Shown piece by piece: positions 7,742-17,960 of a stretch of 64,000 bases of DNA. A program made the position numbers and the translations under genes. Position 1 is the first letter of the stretch. Every line of letters begins with the position of its first letter. Below the pieces are notes generated by a model, which did no database searches, was not told where the DNA came from, and saw only the letters and a program-made list of their open reading frames with translations. The DNA comes from an uncultured Gammaproteobacteria bacterium (GTDB lineage: Bacteria > Pseudomonadota > Gammaproteobacteria > Natronospirales > JAIVGZ01): contig CAYODZ010000187.1 of assembly GCA_964402835.1 (NCBI GenBank), forward strand, positions 3,461 through 67,460, in the 5' to 3' direction.

Positions 7742-8893
7742 ATGCACCGATTATTGATAACGATCATCCTGCTCTGTGCTGTGGCCTCCCCCGCGGGTGC
7801 TGAGTCGGTCCCGCTGCACGAGCTTCGCATGTTTGTCGAGGTCATGGAGCGCATCAAGTCGGACTACATCGAGGAGGTTGATGACGCGACGCTCATGCGG
7901 CACGCGATTCGCGGGATGCTGCGCGGCCTCGACCCGCATTCGGATTACCTGAATGAGGAGGGCTGGTCGGACATCGAAACGCTCACCACCGGCCGATACG
8001 AAGGCCTCGGTATTGAGGTGATCGTCGATGAAGGCCTACTTAAGGTTGTGGCGCCCATCGACGGCGGGCCGGCGAAAGCGGCAGGCGTGCGTCCCGGCGA
8101 TACGATTTTGCGCATCGACGACACCGTTGTGCAGACACTCGAAGGCGCCGATGCCATCCGTTTGCTCCGTGGCCCGGCTGGAAGTGCAGTGAAGCTGCAG
8201 CTCGACCGGGACGGCGTCGAGGCACCGTTCACGCTCACGCTTAAGCGCGCAAACATCGCGCTCACGAGTGCGCGCGGCATGCTGTTCGATGAGCGGTTTG
8301 CGTATCTGCGTTTGTCGGTTTTCAACGAGAACACCGGCGCCGAGGCGCTGAAGGAGTTCGACCGGCTCGCAGGCTTTTCACAGGGTATCGACGGCGTCGT
8401 GCTCGACTTACGTAGTAATCCAGGTGGCGTCCTTGAGGCTGCAGTCGCGGTCGCGGATCTGTTTCTTGAGGAGGGGCTGATCGTGCGTGCAGCAGGCCGG
8501 ACGCCGGCCGCGCGTTATGAGCGCCGCGCGACCGACGGCGACATCATCGACGGTCGTCCGATGGTTGTGCTGATTGATGGTGGGTCGGCATCGGCATCCG
8601 AGATTGTCGCGGGGGCGCTGCAGGACCATCAGCGGGCGGTCGTGATGGGCGAGCAGAGTTTTGGCAAAGGGCTGGTGCAGAGCGTGCTCGCGCTCGGGCC
8701 CGACCAAGGGATCAAGCTGACGACCGCGCGATATTTCACGCCGTCGGGGCGATCGATCAATGCGGTCGGCATCACGCCAGACGTCGAAGTGGATGCCACG
8801 GCGGCGACGGATCCCAACGACGACTATTCGCTGAAAGAAGCGCTGAACTTGTTACGCGGCATGCGCATCATGCACGCGCGCGCGGGTCGATGA
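7742..8893 (+). CDS. ctpA: S41 carboxy-terminal processing peptidase
   Basis: Signal peptide, PDZ segment (GLGIEV...GGPAKAAGVRPGDTIL), and an S41 catalytic region (LDLRSNPGG, GGSASASEI, SFGKG). Confidence 0.85.
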   Translation: MHRLLITIILLCAVASPAGAESVPLHELRMFVEVMERIKSDYIEEVDDATLMRHAIRGMLRGLDPHSDYLNEEGWSDIETLTTGRYEGLGIEVIVDEGLLKVVAPIDGGPAKAAGVRPGDTILRIDDTVVQTLEGADAIRLLRGPAGSAVKLQLDRDGVEAPFTLTLKRANIALTSARGMLFDERFAYLRLSVFNENTGAEALKEFDRLAGFSQGIDGVVLDLRSNPGGVLEAAVAVADLFLEEGLIVRAAGRTPAARYERRATDGDIIDGRPMVVLIDGGSASASEIVAGALQDHQRAVVMGEQSFGKGLVQSVLALGPDQGIKLTTARYFTPSGRSINAVGITPDVEVDATAATDPNDDYSLKEALNLLRGMRIMHARAGR

Positions 8894-9648
8894 ACCCACT
8901 TGCCGCGACAGTGCTCGCGGTGGCGCTCGCGGCAACGCCGCGTATCGCAATCATCATCGACGACATCGGCGACCGTGAGGCGGAGGGCGTACGCGCGACG
9001 ATGCTAGATGGACCCGTCGCACTCGCATTCCTTCCACATGCGCCGTACACAGCAACGCTGGCCGAGCGCGCGCACGCGCAGAACAAGGAAGTCATGTTGC
9101 ACCTGCCATTGCAGGCGCTCAGTGGCAAAGACCTCGGGCCTGGCGCAATCACGCTAGATACCGGCGAAGCCGAGTTCAGTCGCGTGCTCGCCGCGGGTCT
9201 CGCATCGGTCCCGCACGTCACCGGCGTCAATAACCATATGGGCAGCTTGCTCACGCGCCATCCGGGCCACATGGCGTGGCTGATGAACGAACTCAACGCA
9301 CGCACGCCGTTGTTCTTCGTCGATAGCTACACGGCGGTGGAGAGTGTCGCATTCCCGCTGGCAACGGAGGTCGGGGTCCCAGCGATTCGGCGCGATGTCT
9401 TCCTCGATACGGACCCTTCGCCCGAGCAAGTCGCATTCCAGTTCGAGCGCTTGTTGAAACTGGCGCGTGCAGAGGGTTCCGCGCTGGGCATTGGGCACCC
9501 GTATCCGGCGACGCTCGAATTGCTTGAGCACGAACTGCCGCGCCTCGCCGCGGAGCACGGCGTCGAGCTCGTCACCGTGCGTGAGTTGATCGCTTACCGC
9601 AGCAGCGCGTATCCGAACGCCGCGACACCGCCGACGCCGACCAAGTAG
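8890..9648 (+). CDS. yibQ: divergent polysaccharide deacetylase family protein (YibQ-like)
   Basis: ATGA overlap with ctpA. YibQ-like pattern (IAIIIDDIG...FLPHAPY...NNHMGS...GIGHPYPATL). Synteny with gpmI-envC. Confidence 0.78.
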   Translation: MNPLAATVLAVALAATPRIAIIIDDIGDREAEGVRATMLDGPVALAFLPHAPYTATLAERAHAQNKEVMLHLPLQALSGKDLGPGAITLDTGEAEFSRVLAAGLASVPHVTGVNNHMGSLLTRHPGHMAWLMNELNARTPLFFVDSYTAVESVAFPLATEVGVPAIRRDVFLDTDPSPEQVAFQFERLLKLARAEGSALGIGHPYPATLELLEHELPRLAAEHGVELVTVRELIAYRSSAYPNAATPPTPTK

Positions 9649-11228
9649 CCGAGCCCCTCAAGGTCCGCACCGAGCAGGATCGCCGCAGCGATCACGAGCC
9701 CCGCGCCGACAATGGCGACTGCACGCCGTCGACTCCCAATGTTCATTTCGTCGTGCCAGCGGTCGAACTGCGCGGAGTGCCACTCCATTGATGTGCGGTG
9801 CTCGGAGAACTCCTCGAGCGCACGGGCCGCAAGCCGAGGCAGGTGGAGCAGCGCACGGATGTTCTCCGGTAGATGCTCGCGCCATTCGCGGTAGGCGGCG
9901 GTGACACCGAGTTGCTCTTGCATCCAGTTTTCGAGATACGGCTTCGCGGTCGCCCAGAGGTCGAGGTCTGGGTAGAGTTCGCGCCCGAGCCCCTCGATGT
10001 TCAGCAGGGTTTTCTGCAGCAGCACGAGCTGGGGCTGCACTTCCATGTCGAAGCGGCGCGCGGTCTGGAACAAGCGAATCAATAACAGCCCGAACGAAAT
10101 CTCTTTGAGCGGTCGGTGAAAAATCGGCTCGCACACCGTGCGAATCGCGCTCTCGAATTCGTCAACGCGCGTGCCTGCCGGCGCCCAGCCAGACTCGACG
10201 TGCAATTCCGCGACGCGACGGTAATCGCGGTTGAAGAACGCCAAAAAGTTTTCGGCGAGATAGCGTTGGTCTTCCGGGTTCAGGGTGCCGACGATGCCGA
10301 AGTCGATCGCGAGCCAGCGCGCATGCTCAGGGTCGGTGACGTCAACGAAGATGTTCCCTGGGTGCATGTCCGCGTGGAAGAAGTTGTGACTGAACACCTG
10401 CGTGAAGAAGATTTCAACGCCGTCTTCCGCGAGTTGCTTCAGGTTCACGCCGGCGGCGCGCAGCGCCGCCATATCGTTGACCTGGATACCCGAGATGCGT
10501 TCCATGACCATGACGCTGCGGCGCGTGAGGGGCCAGAAAATGTTCGGCACGCACAGCAACGGGGAGTTCTCCCAATTCCGGCGTAGGTGCGCGGCATTCG
10601 CGGCTTCGCGCATCAGATCAAGCTCGTCGTGGAGCGTCTTTCCGAACTCATCGACGACGGCGACCGGCCGCAGCCGCCGTCCGTCCTGCCAGTACCGCTC
10701 AGCCGCTTGCGCGATGAGGCGCATCAGCTCGACGTCCTCGCGAATGTGCTTCTCGACGTTGGGCCGCAAGACTTTGACCACTACCTGCGTGCCGTCGTGC
10801 AACTCGGCGGGGTGGACCTGCGCAATCGATGCCGAGGCGAGCGCGGTTTCATCGAATTTTGCGAACAGCGTGTCTACGGGTTCACCGAGGGCGCGTTCGA
10901 TTTCCGCACGCGCAAGCGCACCGGGGAACGGCTCGACACGGTCCTGCAACAGCGTGAGCTCGGCGGCGATGTCTGCGGGCACGACGTCGGGGCGTGTCGA
11001 CATCATCTGGCCGAACTTCACGAATATCGGGCCGAGTTCCTGTAGCGCAAGGCGGATACGCTGTCCGCGTGGCAGGCGGTCTGCGCGACGCCAATTCCAC
11101 GGCATCAAGTAGAGCATCCACCGAACCGGGCGGAAGAAATGCGTACTCAGTATCAGTTCGTCGAGGCCGTACTTCACCAAGACCTGCTGGATGCGAACTG
11201 CGCGCGCGATTTGTCTCGGCGAGATCAT
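9594..11228 (-). CDS. ubiB: ubiquinone biosynthesis regulatory protein kinase UbiB
   Basis: 544 aa ABC1/UbiB pattern (LQELGPIFVKFGQMMSTRPD, ASIAQVH, HADMHPGNIF) with C-terminal TM helices. ATGA overlap with ubiJ. Confidence 0.92.
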   Translation of the reverse strand: MISPRQIARAVRIQQVLVKYGLDELILSTHFFRPVRWMLYLMPWNWRRADRLPRGQRIRLALQELGPIFVKFGQMMSTRPDVVPADIAAELTLLQDRVEPFPGALARAEIERALGEPVDTLFAKFDETALASASIAQVHPAELHDGTQVVVKVLRPNVEKHIREDVELMRLIAQAAERYWQDGRRLRPVAVVDEFGKTLHDELDLMREAANAAHLRRNWENSPLLCVPNIFWPLTRRSVMVMERISGIQVNDMAALRAAGVNLKQLAEDGVEIFFTQVFSHNFFHADMHPGNIFVDVTDPEHARWLAIDFGIVGTLNPEDQRYLAENFLAFFNRDYRRVAELHVESGWAPAGTRVDEFESAIRTVCEPIFHRPLKEISFGLLLIRLFQTARRFDMEVQPQLVLLQKTLLNIEGLGRELYPDLDLWATAKPYLENWMQEQLGVTAAYREWREHLPENIRALLHLPRLAARALEEFSEHRTSMEWHSAQFDRWHDEMNIGSRRRAVAIVGAGLVIAAAILLGADLEGLGYLVGVGGVAAFGYALLR

Positions 11229-11833
11229 TCGTGTGAGCGCCGCTCGGAAACCAGTGATTCGAAGCGCGCGGCCGCGCGCTCGACGTCGTCGCGCACTTCG
11301 TCCACTGCGCCGACAAAGGTCTGGACCTCGGCTTGAGTCGGCAGCGTACGCGCCTCGTACTGCAAGTACTCGCCCGCCATGCCTGCGAGCGAGTTCACGC
11401 TGTCGCGGCCGAACGAGGCGACAGCGCGGAACGCGCGACCGAGTTGGTGTGCTGGCACGTCGCCAATGAGCGCGGCGAGGCGCTCGTCTGGGTCGAAGCG
11501 CACACGGCGAAACAGCGCGCGCACCGAATGCGCGAGTTCTGCGTCACCACTAATCATCAGACGCGGTGGCGGCGTTTGCGTACCGCGCGCCATCCTGAGC
11601 AGATCGGCGCTCGTCGCCGCGATTCTGACGTCCGGCGCGTCGGACGTCGCGAGCATGACGCTGATGCCCGTCTCGTGTGGGCGCAGGCACAACTCGGTGT
11701 CGAGGTCGGTGACCTCAACCGCGATGCACCGTCCTGCGAGCGCGGCGCAGTCGGCGCGCACCTCCGGCGTGTCCTTGATCCAGAAGTCGAATGCGGCTTG
11801 GAGCAGCCGCTGGATCGGCTCGGGCGCAGTCAC
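11225..11833 (-). CDS. ubiJ: ubiquinone biosynthesis accessory factor UbiJ (SCP2 domain)
   Basis: ORF 11225..11884 trimmed to GTG 11833, a GTGA overlap with the ubiE stop. SCP2-like N-terminal part and a coiled C-terminal part. Its position between ubiE and ubiB matches E. coli. Confidence 0.7.
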   Translation of the reverse strand: MTAPEPIQRLLQAAFDFWIKDTPEVRADCAALAGRCIAVEVTDLDTELCLRPHETGISVMLATSDAPDVRIAATSADLLRMARGTQTPPPRLMISGDAELAHSVRALFRRVRFDPDERLAALIGDVPAHQLGRAFRAVASFGRDSVNSLAGMAGEYLQYEARTLPTQAEVQTFVGAVDEVRDDVERAAARFESLVSERRSHE

Positions 11834-12570
11834 AGCCGAAAGCCGCGGTGCGCAGCGACGATGCCGCCGTTGAGGTCGTGCCAATCGCAGCGCTCGAACC
11901 CCGCTGTCTCCATCATCGTGCGGAGGGTCGGCTGGTCCGGGTGCATGCGAATGGATTCCGCGAGATAGCGGTAGCTGTCGGCGTCACCGGCAATCAGTTT
12001 GCCCATACTCGGCAGCACTTTGAACGAATACAAGTCATACAGCGGCGCGAGTCCGGGCAAGGTCGGCGTCGAGAACTCGAGCACAACGGCACGACCACCC
12101 GGCCGCAGTACGCGATGCATTTCGCGCAGCGCGGCGTCTTTGTCGGTGACGTTGCGCAGACCGAACGCAATGATGATGGCATCGAACGAGCTGTCCGGGA
12201 ACGGCAGTGTCTGCGCGTCCGCCAACACGAACTCTACGTTACCCACGATGCCGAGGTCGGCGAGTCGACGGCGGCCGCGTTCGAGCATTCCCTCGTTGAT
12301 ATCGGAAACGACGACCTTGCCGCCCGAGCCGACGGCCGGGGCGAGCAGGCGCGCGAGGTCACCGGTGCCGCCCGCCAGATCCAGGATCGATTGCCCGGGC
12401 CGGACGTTCAGTAGGCCCATTGCGAAACGCTTCCACAGCCGGTGGATTCCGAACGACATCAGGTCGTTCATCAGATCGTAGCGGTCGGCGACGGAATCAA
12501 ACACGGCGCGCACGCGGCGCGCCTTGTCTGCGCGCGGCACCTGCTCGAAGCCAAAATCAGTGCTATCCAT
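11830..12570 (-). CDS. ubiE: demethylmenaquinone/ubiquinone C-methyltransferase UbiE
   Basis: 246 aa with [25 protein letters not shown] and the SAM motif LDLAGGTGD. Confidence 0.93.
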   Translation of the reverse strand: MDSTDFGFEQVPRADKARRVRAVFDSVADRYDLMNDLMSFGIHRLWKRFAMGLLNVRPGQSILDLAGGTGDLARLLAPAVGSGGKVVVSDINEGMLERGRRRLADLGIVGNVEFVLADAQTLPFPDSSFDAIIIAFGLRNVTDKDAALREMHRVLRPGGRAVVLEFSTPTLPGLAPLYDLYSFKVLPSMGKLIAGDADSYRYLAESIRMHPDQPTLRTMMETAGFERCDWHDLNGGIVAAHRGFRL

Positions 12571-12579
12571 CCGCTGAGT

Positions 12580-12924
12580 TTACCGCCTTGACGCGCCCGC
12601 GGCCTCCAGCCTTTCCAGGTATTCGCGCCAAAGGCGGTCCTGGTCGCGCCCGAGTTCCGCGAGCGTCGTCCAAGAATAGAGACCGGAATCGTGGCCGTCA
12701 TCGAACACCAGCCGGACCGCGTAGTTGCCAACGGGCTCGATCGCGCGGATACCCACGCCCTGTTTACCGGTCTCGAGTTTCATCGGGCCGCCGTGGCCGC
12801 GCACTTCGGCCGACGGGGAATAGACGCGTAGATACTCTGCGGGCAACACGTGACTTACGCCATCGGCAAACGTGACCACGAGCGTGCGGTCGGCCTTGTT
12901 ATAGCGGAGCTCGGTTGGCGTCAC
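12580..12924 (-). CDS. DUF971 family protein (gamma-butyrobetaine hydroxylase N-terminal-like)
   Basis: 114 aa with a GTG start (GTGA overlap with the xerC stop). Pattern: L.V.F.DG....L.AEYLRV.SPSAEV.GHG. The gene ends 9 nt upstream of the ubiE start. Confidence 0.65.
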   Translation of the reverse strand: MTPTELRYNKADRTLVVTFADGVSHVLPAEYLRVYSPSAEVRGHGGPMKLETGKQGVGIRAIEPVGNYAVRLVFDDGHDSGLYSWTTLAELGRDQDRLWREYLERLEAAGASRR

Positions 12925-13823
12925 CGGCGTTTCGCGCGCGGATGGGCCGCGTCATACACCTGCGCGAGGTGTTGGAAATCGAGGTGCGTGTAAATTTGCG
13001 TGGTTTTGATGTCCGCGTGTCCGAGCAACTCTTGGACGGCCCTTAAATCGCCGCTCGACTCGAGTAGGTGCGTCGCGAACGAATGGCGGAGCATGTGGGG
13101 GTGCACGTGGCGGTCGATGCCTTGCTGCTGCGCCCAGAACGTGAGTCGTCCCTGCACCACGCGCGGGCTGATGCGCGCGCCACGCTTGCCGACGAACAAG
13201 GCTGTTTCCGTCGCGCCCGCGAGTTTTGCGCGCACCGTGAGCCACGCTTTGACCGCGGCCCGCGCGGGCGTGCCGACGGGCACGATACGCGTCTTGTCGC
13301 CTTTGCCGGTGACACGCACCTGCGCATCGGCGAGGTCGACATCGCCGAGATCGAGCGAGCACAACTCGGCGAGGCGCAAACCCGACGAATAAAACAACTC
13401 GAGCATGGCTCGGTCACGCACGGTTTCGACCGAGTTGCCCTTGATGTCCAACAGCCGGCCGACTAGGTCGGCATCGAGAACAGCAGGAAGATGGCGCGCC
13501 GGTTTCGGTGTGCGGACGTCGAGTGCGGGGTTATGGCCGAGTTCGCCCTCGCGGATCAACCAACTACAGAACGTCCGGACGGCGGACAACCGGCGGCGAA
13601 GGCTCGCGGGCGACGATCCACGCCGGTGCTGTTCTGCAACAAACGCACGCACGTGGTGCACCGTGAGATCGCGCCATTCGGCGATTTCGTGCGCGCCGCA
13701 ATAGCGGAGGAGCGTGTTTAGGTCGCTGCGGTAAGCGTCTGCGGTGTGCGCCGACAGCCGGCGCTCGTGGATGAGGTGGCGGTCGATGAAGCGGTCGACC
13801 GCCGCCCCGAGGTCGGCGGGCAT
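12921..13823 (-). CDS. xerC: site-specific tyrosine recombinase XerC
   Basis: 300 aa with catalytic-region motifs ([38 protein letters not shown]). dapF-yigA-xerC synteny. Confidence 0.88.
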   Translation of the reverse strand: MPADLGAAVDRFIDRHLIHERRLSAHTADAYRSDLNTLLRYCGAHEIAEWRDLTVHHVRAFVAEQHRRGSSPASLRRRLSAVRTFCSWLIREGELGHNPALDVRTPKPARHLPAVLDADLVGRLLDIKGNSVETVRDRAMLELFYSSGLRLAELCSLDLGDVDLADAQVRVTGKGDKTRIVPVGTPARAAVKAWLTVRAKLAGATETALFVGKRGARISPRVVQGRLTFWAQQQGIDRHVHPHMLRHSFATHLLESSGDLRAVQELLGHADIKTTQIYTHLDFQHLAQVYDAAHPRAKRR

Positions 13824-14515
13824 CAGCCCTGGCGGCTGGTCAGCGCGAGGCCGACGAGCACGCCCATGCGCGCGAGGTACACGGTACCCATCGTAGGATT
13901 AAATTGATCCGGTCGACGGCTACCGACGCCGAGGATGCCGTGTTCCGCACGCTCGCCGAGTGGCACGAGCGCTGCCGATGCAATATCGCCGGCACGCTCG
14001 CCGAACAGGAACTCAAGCTGGGCGGTTTTCAGTTTGCCGAGGACCGGCCGGCCGGCCTCTAAAAAGCCTGCAAAATGCTCGGTCATCGCCGGGTCGTTGC
14101 GGTCAAGGGTGCGTGCGGGCGCGGGCACCGACGCGTCGAACGCGCACAGTGTCACTTCGTCGGCGCCGAAGCCGTCACGCAGCTGCTCGAAGACCGTTTG
14201 CACGACGCGCTCGGCATCGGTCGCCTCGAACAAGCCGACCGTCAGGCGCTGCATGCGTTCCATTAATTGGTCGTTGGAGCGGGCGACCTCGACCAGATCG
14301 ACGAGTTTGCGTTCGAGCTGACGATTTTGCTGGCGTAGGATCGTCATCTGACGCTCGACGAGCGAGACCGCACCCCCGGTCGGGTGCGAGATGCGCATCT
14401 GCGCGAGCAGATCGGCATAGCCTTCGAAAAATTCAGGATGGTTCTGTAGGTACTGGGCGACGGCTTCATCGTCGATGGCCGCCTCGGTAAATCCCCGTTT
14501 ACGCTGTGTGCTCAT
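13823..14515 (-). CDS. yigA: DUF484 family protein (YigA-like)
   Basis: ORF 13823..14560 trimmed to ATG 14515, directly after the dapF stop. The N-terminus [19 protein letters not shown] is typical of DUF484. TGATG overlap with xerC. Confidence 0.75.
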   Translation of the reverse strand: MSTQRKRGFTEAAIDDEAVAQYLQNHPEFFEGYADLLAQMRISHPTGGAVSLVERQMTILRQQNRQLERKLVDLVEVARSNDQLMERMQRLTVGLFEATDAERVVQTVFEQLRDGFGADEVTLCAFDASVPAPARTLDRNDPAMTEHFAGFLEAGRPVLGKLKTAQLEFLFGERAGDIASAALVPLGERAEHGILGVGSRRPDQFNPTMGTVYLARMGVLVGLALTSRQG

Positions 14516-15345
14516 GCGTAGTCCCCACGAAATACCTCGACCGCGGGACCGGTCATCCACACCGGGTCGCTGTCGTCGCCGGACCAGCTTATCACGAGGC
14601 GGCCGCCGGGAAGGTCGACGTTGACCGTGTCGTCGAGTTCATCCCAGACACGGCCGACGCTCACTGCCGCGCAGGCACCGGTGCCGCAGGCGAGTGTCTC
14701 ACCGGTGCCGCGCTCGAACACGCGCAACCGGATGTGATTGCGCGTGACGACCTCCATGAAGCCGACGTTTGCGCGATCGGGGAAGCGCGGGTGGCGTTCG
14801 AGGCGCGGCCCGAGTTCAGCGACCGGCGCGCGTCGCACGCTCGCGACCGCGAGCACGAGATGGGGATTGCCCATCGAGACGGCACCGACGCGCTGCGGCG
14901 CGCCGTCGAGCTGTAGCTCATAAGCCGGCGCGCGTGCGTCGGCATCGAACGGAATTTCGTGCGGCTCGAAACGCGGCGGCCCCATATCGACGGTAATCTG
15001 GCCATCCTCGAGCAGACGAGTGCGTACGAGGCCGCCGGGACTCTCGAGGCGAATCTCTGCGCCGCGCGCATGGCCACGTGTCGCGAGCCATTGCGCGATG
15101 CACCGCACGCCGTTGCCGCACTGGCCAGCCGGGCCGCCGTCCGCGTTGAAGACGCGGTATTTGAAGTCTGCATCGGGCACCGTGGCGGGCTCGAGAACGA
15201 GGATTTGGTCGCAACCGACACCGCTCCGGCGGTCGGCAAGGCCCCGCATCCAGTCGGCATCGTGCGGGCTGGTCGCGCCTTGGAGGTGGTCGAGCACGAC
15301 AAAGTCATTGCCGAGGCCGTGCATCTTCGTAAAGGGGACTCCCAT
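14512..15345 (-). CDS. dapF: diaminopimelate epimerase
   Basis: 277 aa (FTKMHGLGNDFVV, QCGNGVRC, ACGTGACA). Confidence 0.93.
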   Translation of the reverse strand: MGVPFTKMHGLGNDFVVLDHLQGATSPHDADWMRGLADRRSGVGCDQILVLEPATVPDADFKYRVFNADGGPAGQCGNGVRCIAQWLATRGHARGAEIRLESPGGLVRTRLLEDGQITVDMGPPRFEPHEIPFDADARAPAYELQLDGAPQRVGAVSMGNPHLVLAVASVRRAPVAELGPRLERHPRFPDRANVGFMEVVTRNHIRLRVFERGTGETLACGTGACAAVSVGRVWDELDDTVNVDLPGGRLVISWSGDDSDPVWMTGPAVEVFRGDYA

Positions 15346-15809
15346 TAACTGTTGCCGTCCTTCAAGGCCGACAAATCAACTAGTGGCAAACCATCTCGAT
15401 ACAGGCAGCGGTCCATGACGACAAAGACCCCCGCCGCCTCGGCGCGCCGGGCCGCGGCGTGGTCGATCACCCCGTCTTGCAGCCAGACGGCCGGTAGGCC
15501 GAGCCGCACCACGTCATCGATGATGCCCGGCACATGCTCCGACGCGCGGAACACGTCGACCAAATCGACCGGTTCGTCGATCTCGTCGAGGGACGCGCGC
15601 ACCGGTTCGCCGAGAATCGTACCGCCGCCGGGCCGAACCGGAATGATCCGGAACCCGGCGTCCTGCATCGCGCGGGCGACACGGAAACTCGGGCGTGACT
15701 CGTCGGGCGACAGACCGAGGACCGCGATGGTACGGACATTCTGAAGGCGCGCCGCGATCGCATCACGGCTTGGGTTCGTGAACTCGCTCATGGGTGCCGA
15801 TTGTGCCAT
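15345..15809 (-). CDS. CoA-binding domain protein (YccU-like)
   Basis: ORF 15345..16001 trimmed to ATG 15809, because the upstream part overlaps ubiD and is Arg/Pro-rich noise. Pattern: RTIAVLGLSPDESRPSFRVARAMQDAGFRIIPVRP...VDLVDVFR. TAATG overlap with dapF. Confidence 0.7.
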   Translation of the reverse strand: MAQSAPMSEFTNPSRDAIAARLQNVRTIAVLGLSPDESRPSFRVARAMQDAGFRIIPVRPGGGTILGEPVRASLDEIDEPVDLVDVFRASEHVPGIIDDVVRLGLPAVWLQDGVIDHAAARRAEAAGVFVVMDRCLYRDGLPLVDLSALKDGNS

Positions 15810-15819
15810 GACGTGTTCG

Positions 15820-15827
15820 CTTATACT
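15820..15827. promoter_or_regulatory. candidate shared -10 core of a 21-nt divergent spacer (CoA-binding gene / ubiD)
   Basis: CTTATACT reads TATACT on + (15822-15827) and TATAAG on - (complement of 15820-15825). The start codons lie 3-10 nt away and neither has a Shine-Dalgarno sequence. Confidence 0.3.
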
Positions 15828-15830
15828 TGA

Positions 15831-17315
15831 ATGATAATGAAGTACGGGGATTTGCGGGATTTCATCGGGCTGCTGGAGCGGCGCGGCGAGCTGAAACGCA
15901 TCAGCGCCGCGGTTGACCCGTGTCTCGAGATGACGGAAATCTGTGATCGAACGCTGCGGGCCGGTGGGCCTGCACTGCTGTTCGAAAATCCGGTCGGACA
16001 CACCGTGCCTGTGCTCGCGAACTTGTTCGGGACGCCCGAGCGTGTTGCGCTCGCGATGGGCGAGGAATCGGTCGACGCGCTGCGTGAAGTCGGCAAGGTC
16101 CTCGCCGCGCTGCGCCAGCCCGACGCACCGACCGGCATGAAGGATGCGTGGTCCAAACTTCCAGTCTTCAAGCGCGTGCTCGACATGGCGCCGAAGGAGC
16201 GGTCCAGTGCGCCGTGCCAGGACGTCGTCATCGAGAGCGATGCCGTCGACCTTGCCAAGCTACCCATCCAGACCTGCTGGCCAGGCGATGCGGGTCCGCT
16301 GATTACGTGGGGCCTCACGGTTACGCGCGGACCGAACCAAGCGCGTCAGAATCTTGGCATCTACCGCCAGCAAGTCATCGGGCGCAACCGCGTCATCATG
16401 CGCTGGCTCGCGCATCGCGGCGGTGCGCTGGATTTTCGTGACTTTCAGGAAAAACGTGCAGGTGAGCCATTTCCGGTCGCAGTCGCGCTCGGCGCGGATC
16501 CCGCCACGTTGATCGGCGCCGTCACGCCAGTGCCGGACGCGTTGTCCGAATATGCGTTCGCCGGGTTGCTGCGCGGTCAGCGCACCGAGGTCGTACGCTG
16601 CATCGGGTCCGATCTGCAAGTCCCCGCAGGTGCAGAATACGTTCTCGAAGGACACATCGCGCCGGGCGATGAAGCAGACGAGGGTCCGTTCGGCGACCAC
16701 ACCGGTTACTACAACGAAGTCGAGCGCTTCCCGGTGTTCACGATCGACCGCATCACGCATCGCCGCGACCCGATTTACCACAGCACCTACACGGGCCGGC
16801 CGCCGGACGAGCCCTCCGTGCTCGGCGTCGCGCTGAACGAAGTGTTCGTACCGCTGCTGCAGAAGCAGTTCCCGGAAATCACGGACTTCTATTTGCCGCC
16901 GGAGGGCTGTTCGTATCGCGTCGCGGTTGTGTCGATGCGTAAACAGTATCCGGGCCATGCGAAGCGCGTGATGTTCGCGGTATGGTCGTTCCTGCGCCAG
17001 TTCATGTACACGAAGTTCGTGATCGTCGTTGACGACGACGTCGACGCGCGAGATTGGAAGGATGTGATCTGGGCGATCAGCACGCGAATGGATCCGGCGC
17101 GGGACACGCTGCTCGTCGAGAACACGCCCATCGATTACCTCGATTTTGCATCGCCGGTTTCCGGCCTGGGCTCGAAGATGGGGCTCGACGCGACGAGCAA
17201 GTGGCCGGGTGAAACACAGCGTGAATGGGGCAGGCCGATCGCGATGACGGATGCCGTCAAGGCAAGAATCGACGAAATATGGGGAACATTGGGGATACAA
17301 CCCGAGGGGGAATGA
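15831..17315 (+). CDS. ubiD: 4-hydroxy-3-polyprenylbenzoate decarboxylase UbiD
   Basis: 494 aa, colinear with E. coli UbiD over the full length (MKYGDLRDF..., [34 protein letters not shown]). The start could be ATG 15831 or 15837. Confidence 0.95.
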   Translation: MIMKYGDLRDFIGLLERRGELKRISAAVDPCLEMTEICDRTLRAGGPALLFENPVGHTVPVLANLFGTPERVALAMGEESVDALREVGKVLAALRQPDAPTGMKDAWSKLPVFKRVLDMAPKERSSAPCQDVVIESDAVDLAKLPIQTCWPGDAGPLITWGLTVTRGPNQARQNLGIYRQQVIGRNRVIMRWLAHRGGALDFRDFQEKRAGEPFPVAVALGADPATLIGAVTPVPDALSEYAFAGLLRGQRTEVVRCIGSDLQVPAGAEYVLEGHIAPGDEADEGPFGDHTGYYNEVERFPVFTIDRITHRRDPIYHSTYTGRPPDEPSVLGVALNEVFVPLLQKQFPEITDFYLPPEGCSYRVAVVSMRKQYPGHAKRVMFAVWSFLRQFMYTKFVIVVDDDVDARDWKDVIWAISTRMDPARDTLLVENTPIDYLDFASPVSGLGSKMGLDATSKWPGETQREWGRPIAMTDAVKARIDEIWGTLGIQPEGE

Positions 17316-17959
17316 TGCGCACGATCATGGTGATGAACGCGAAGGGTGGCTGCGGCAAGAGCACGCTCGCCACGAGTCTCGCGACGTATTACGCCAACGA
17401 AGACCTGGCGGTCACGATTGCCGATTACGACCCACAGTGCTCGAGCCTGGATTGGCTCGCCGTACGACCCGCCGATCGGCCGCCGATTCAAGGATTGCCG
17501 GCATTTCGTAACGGCCTGCGCGGTTTGAGCCGCGACACCGACGTGCTGATCATCGACGCGCCTGCGCGTGTGCATGGTAATGAGGTCAAGGATATGTTGA
17601 AGCGCGCAGAGACGATGATCGTCCCGGTGCTACCATCCCCGATCGATATGCGTGCGGTCGTGCATTTCTTGAATGAAGTGCAAGCGACGCCGCAGTACCA
17701 GAACAAGGAGATTCGAGTCGGGCTCGTCGCGAATCGCGTGAAGAGCGGAACGAACATCGCGCTGGAGCTCGATGATTACCTGACGAAAGTCCGCATGCCT
17801 TACCTGACCGCGTTGCGGGAGACGCAAAACTACAATCGCGCGCAAACTCGCGGGCTCGGTATCTTCGAATTACCGCCGTATCTCGCCGCGCCGGATTGGG
17901 AGTATTGGGATCCGCTGATGAAGTGGTTGAATAGCCAGCGCAGCCTGCCGCAGGGCTAA
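17312..17959 (+). CDS. orphan ParA/MinD-family P-loop ATPase
   Basis: ORF 17225..17959 trimmed to ATG 17312 (ATGA overlap with the ubiD stop). Deviant Walker A at the N-terminus ([13 protein letters not shown]) and a Walker B-like motif (VLIIDAP). No parB-like gene is adjacent. Confidence 0.75.
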   Translation: MMRTIMVMNAKGGCGKSTLATSLATYYANEDLAVTIADYDPQCSSLDWLAVRPADRPPIQGLPAFRNGLRGLSRDTDVLIIDAPARVHGNEVKDMLKRAETMIVPVLPSPIDMRAVVHFLNEVQATPQYQNKEIRVGLVANRVKSGTNIALELDDYLTKVRMPYLTALRETQNYNRAQTRGLGIFELPPYLAAPDWEYWDPLMKWLNSQRSLPQG

Positions 17960-17960
17960 C

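Noticed and set aside
12921-13823. Tyrosine recombinase as a possible integrase marking a mobile element
   Set aside because: It sits in the conserved dapF-yigA-xerC housekeeping arrangement. No att-like repeats, phage genes or transposon genes are nearby, so it is XerC.
16260-17300. A 346-aa minus-strand ORF
   Set aside because: It is antisense to ubiD, which is colinear with E. coli UbiD over its whole length. It is a high-GC antisense-frame artefact.
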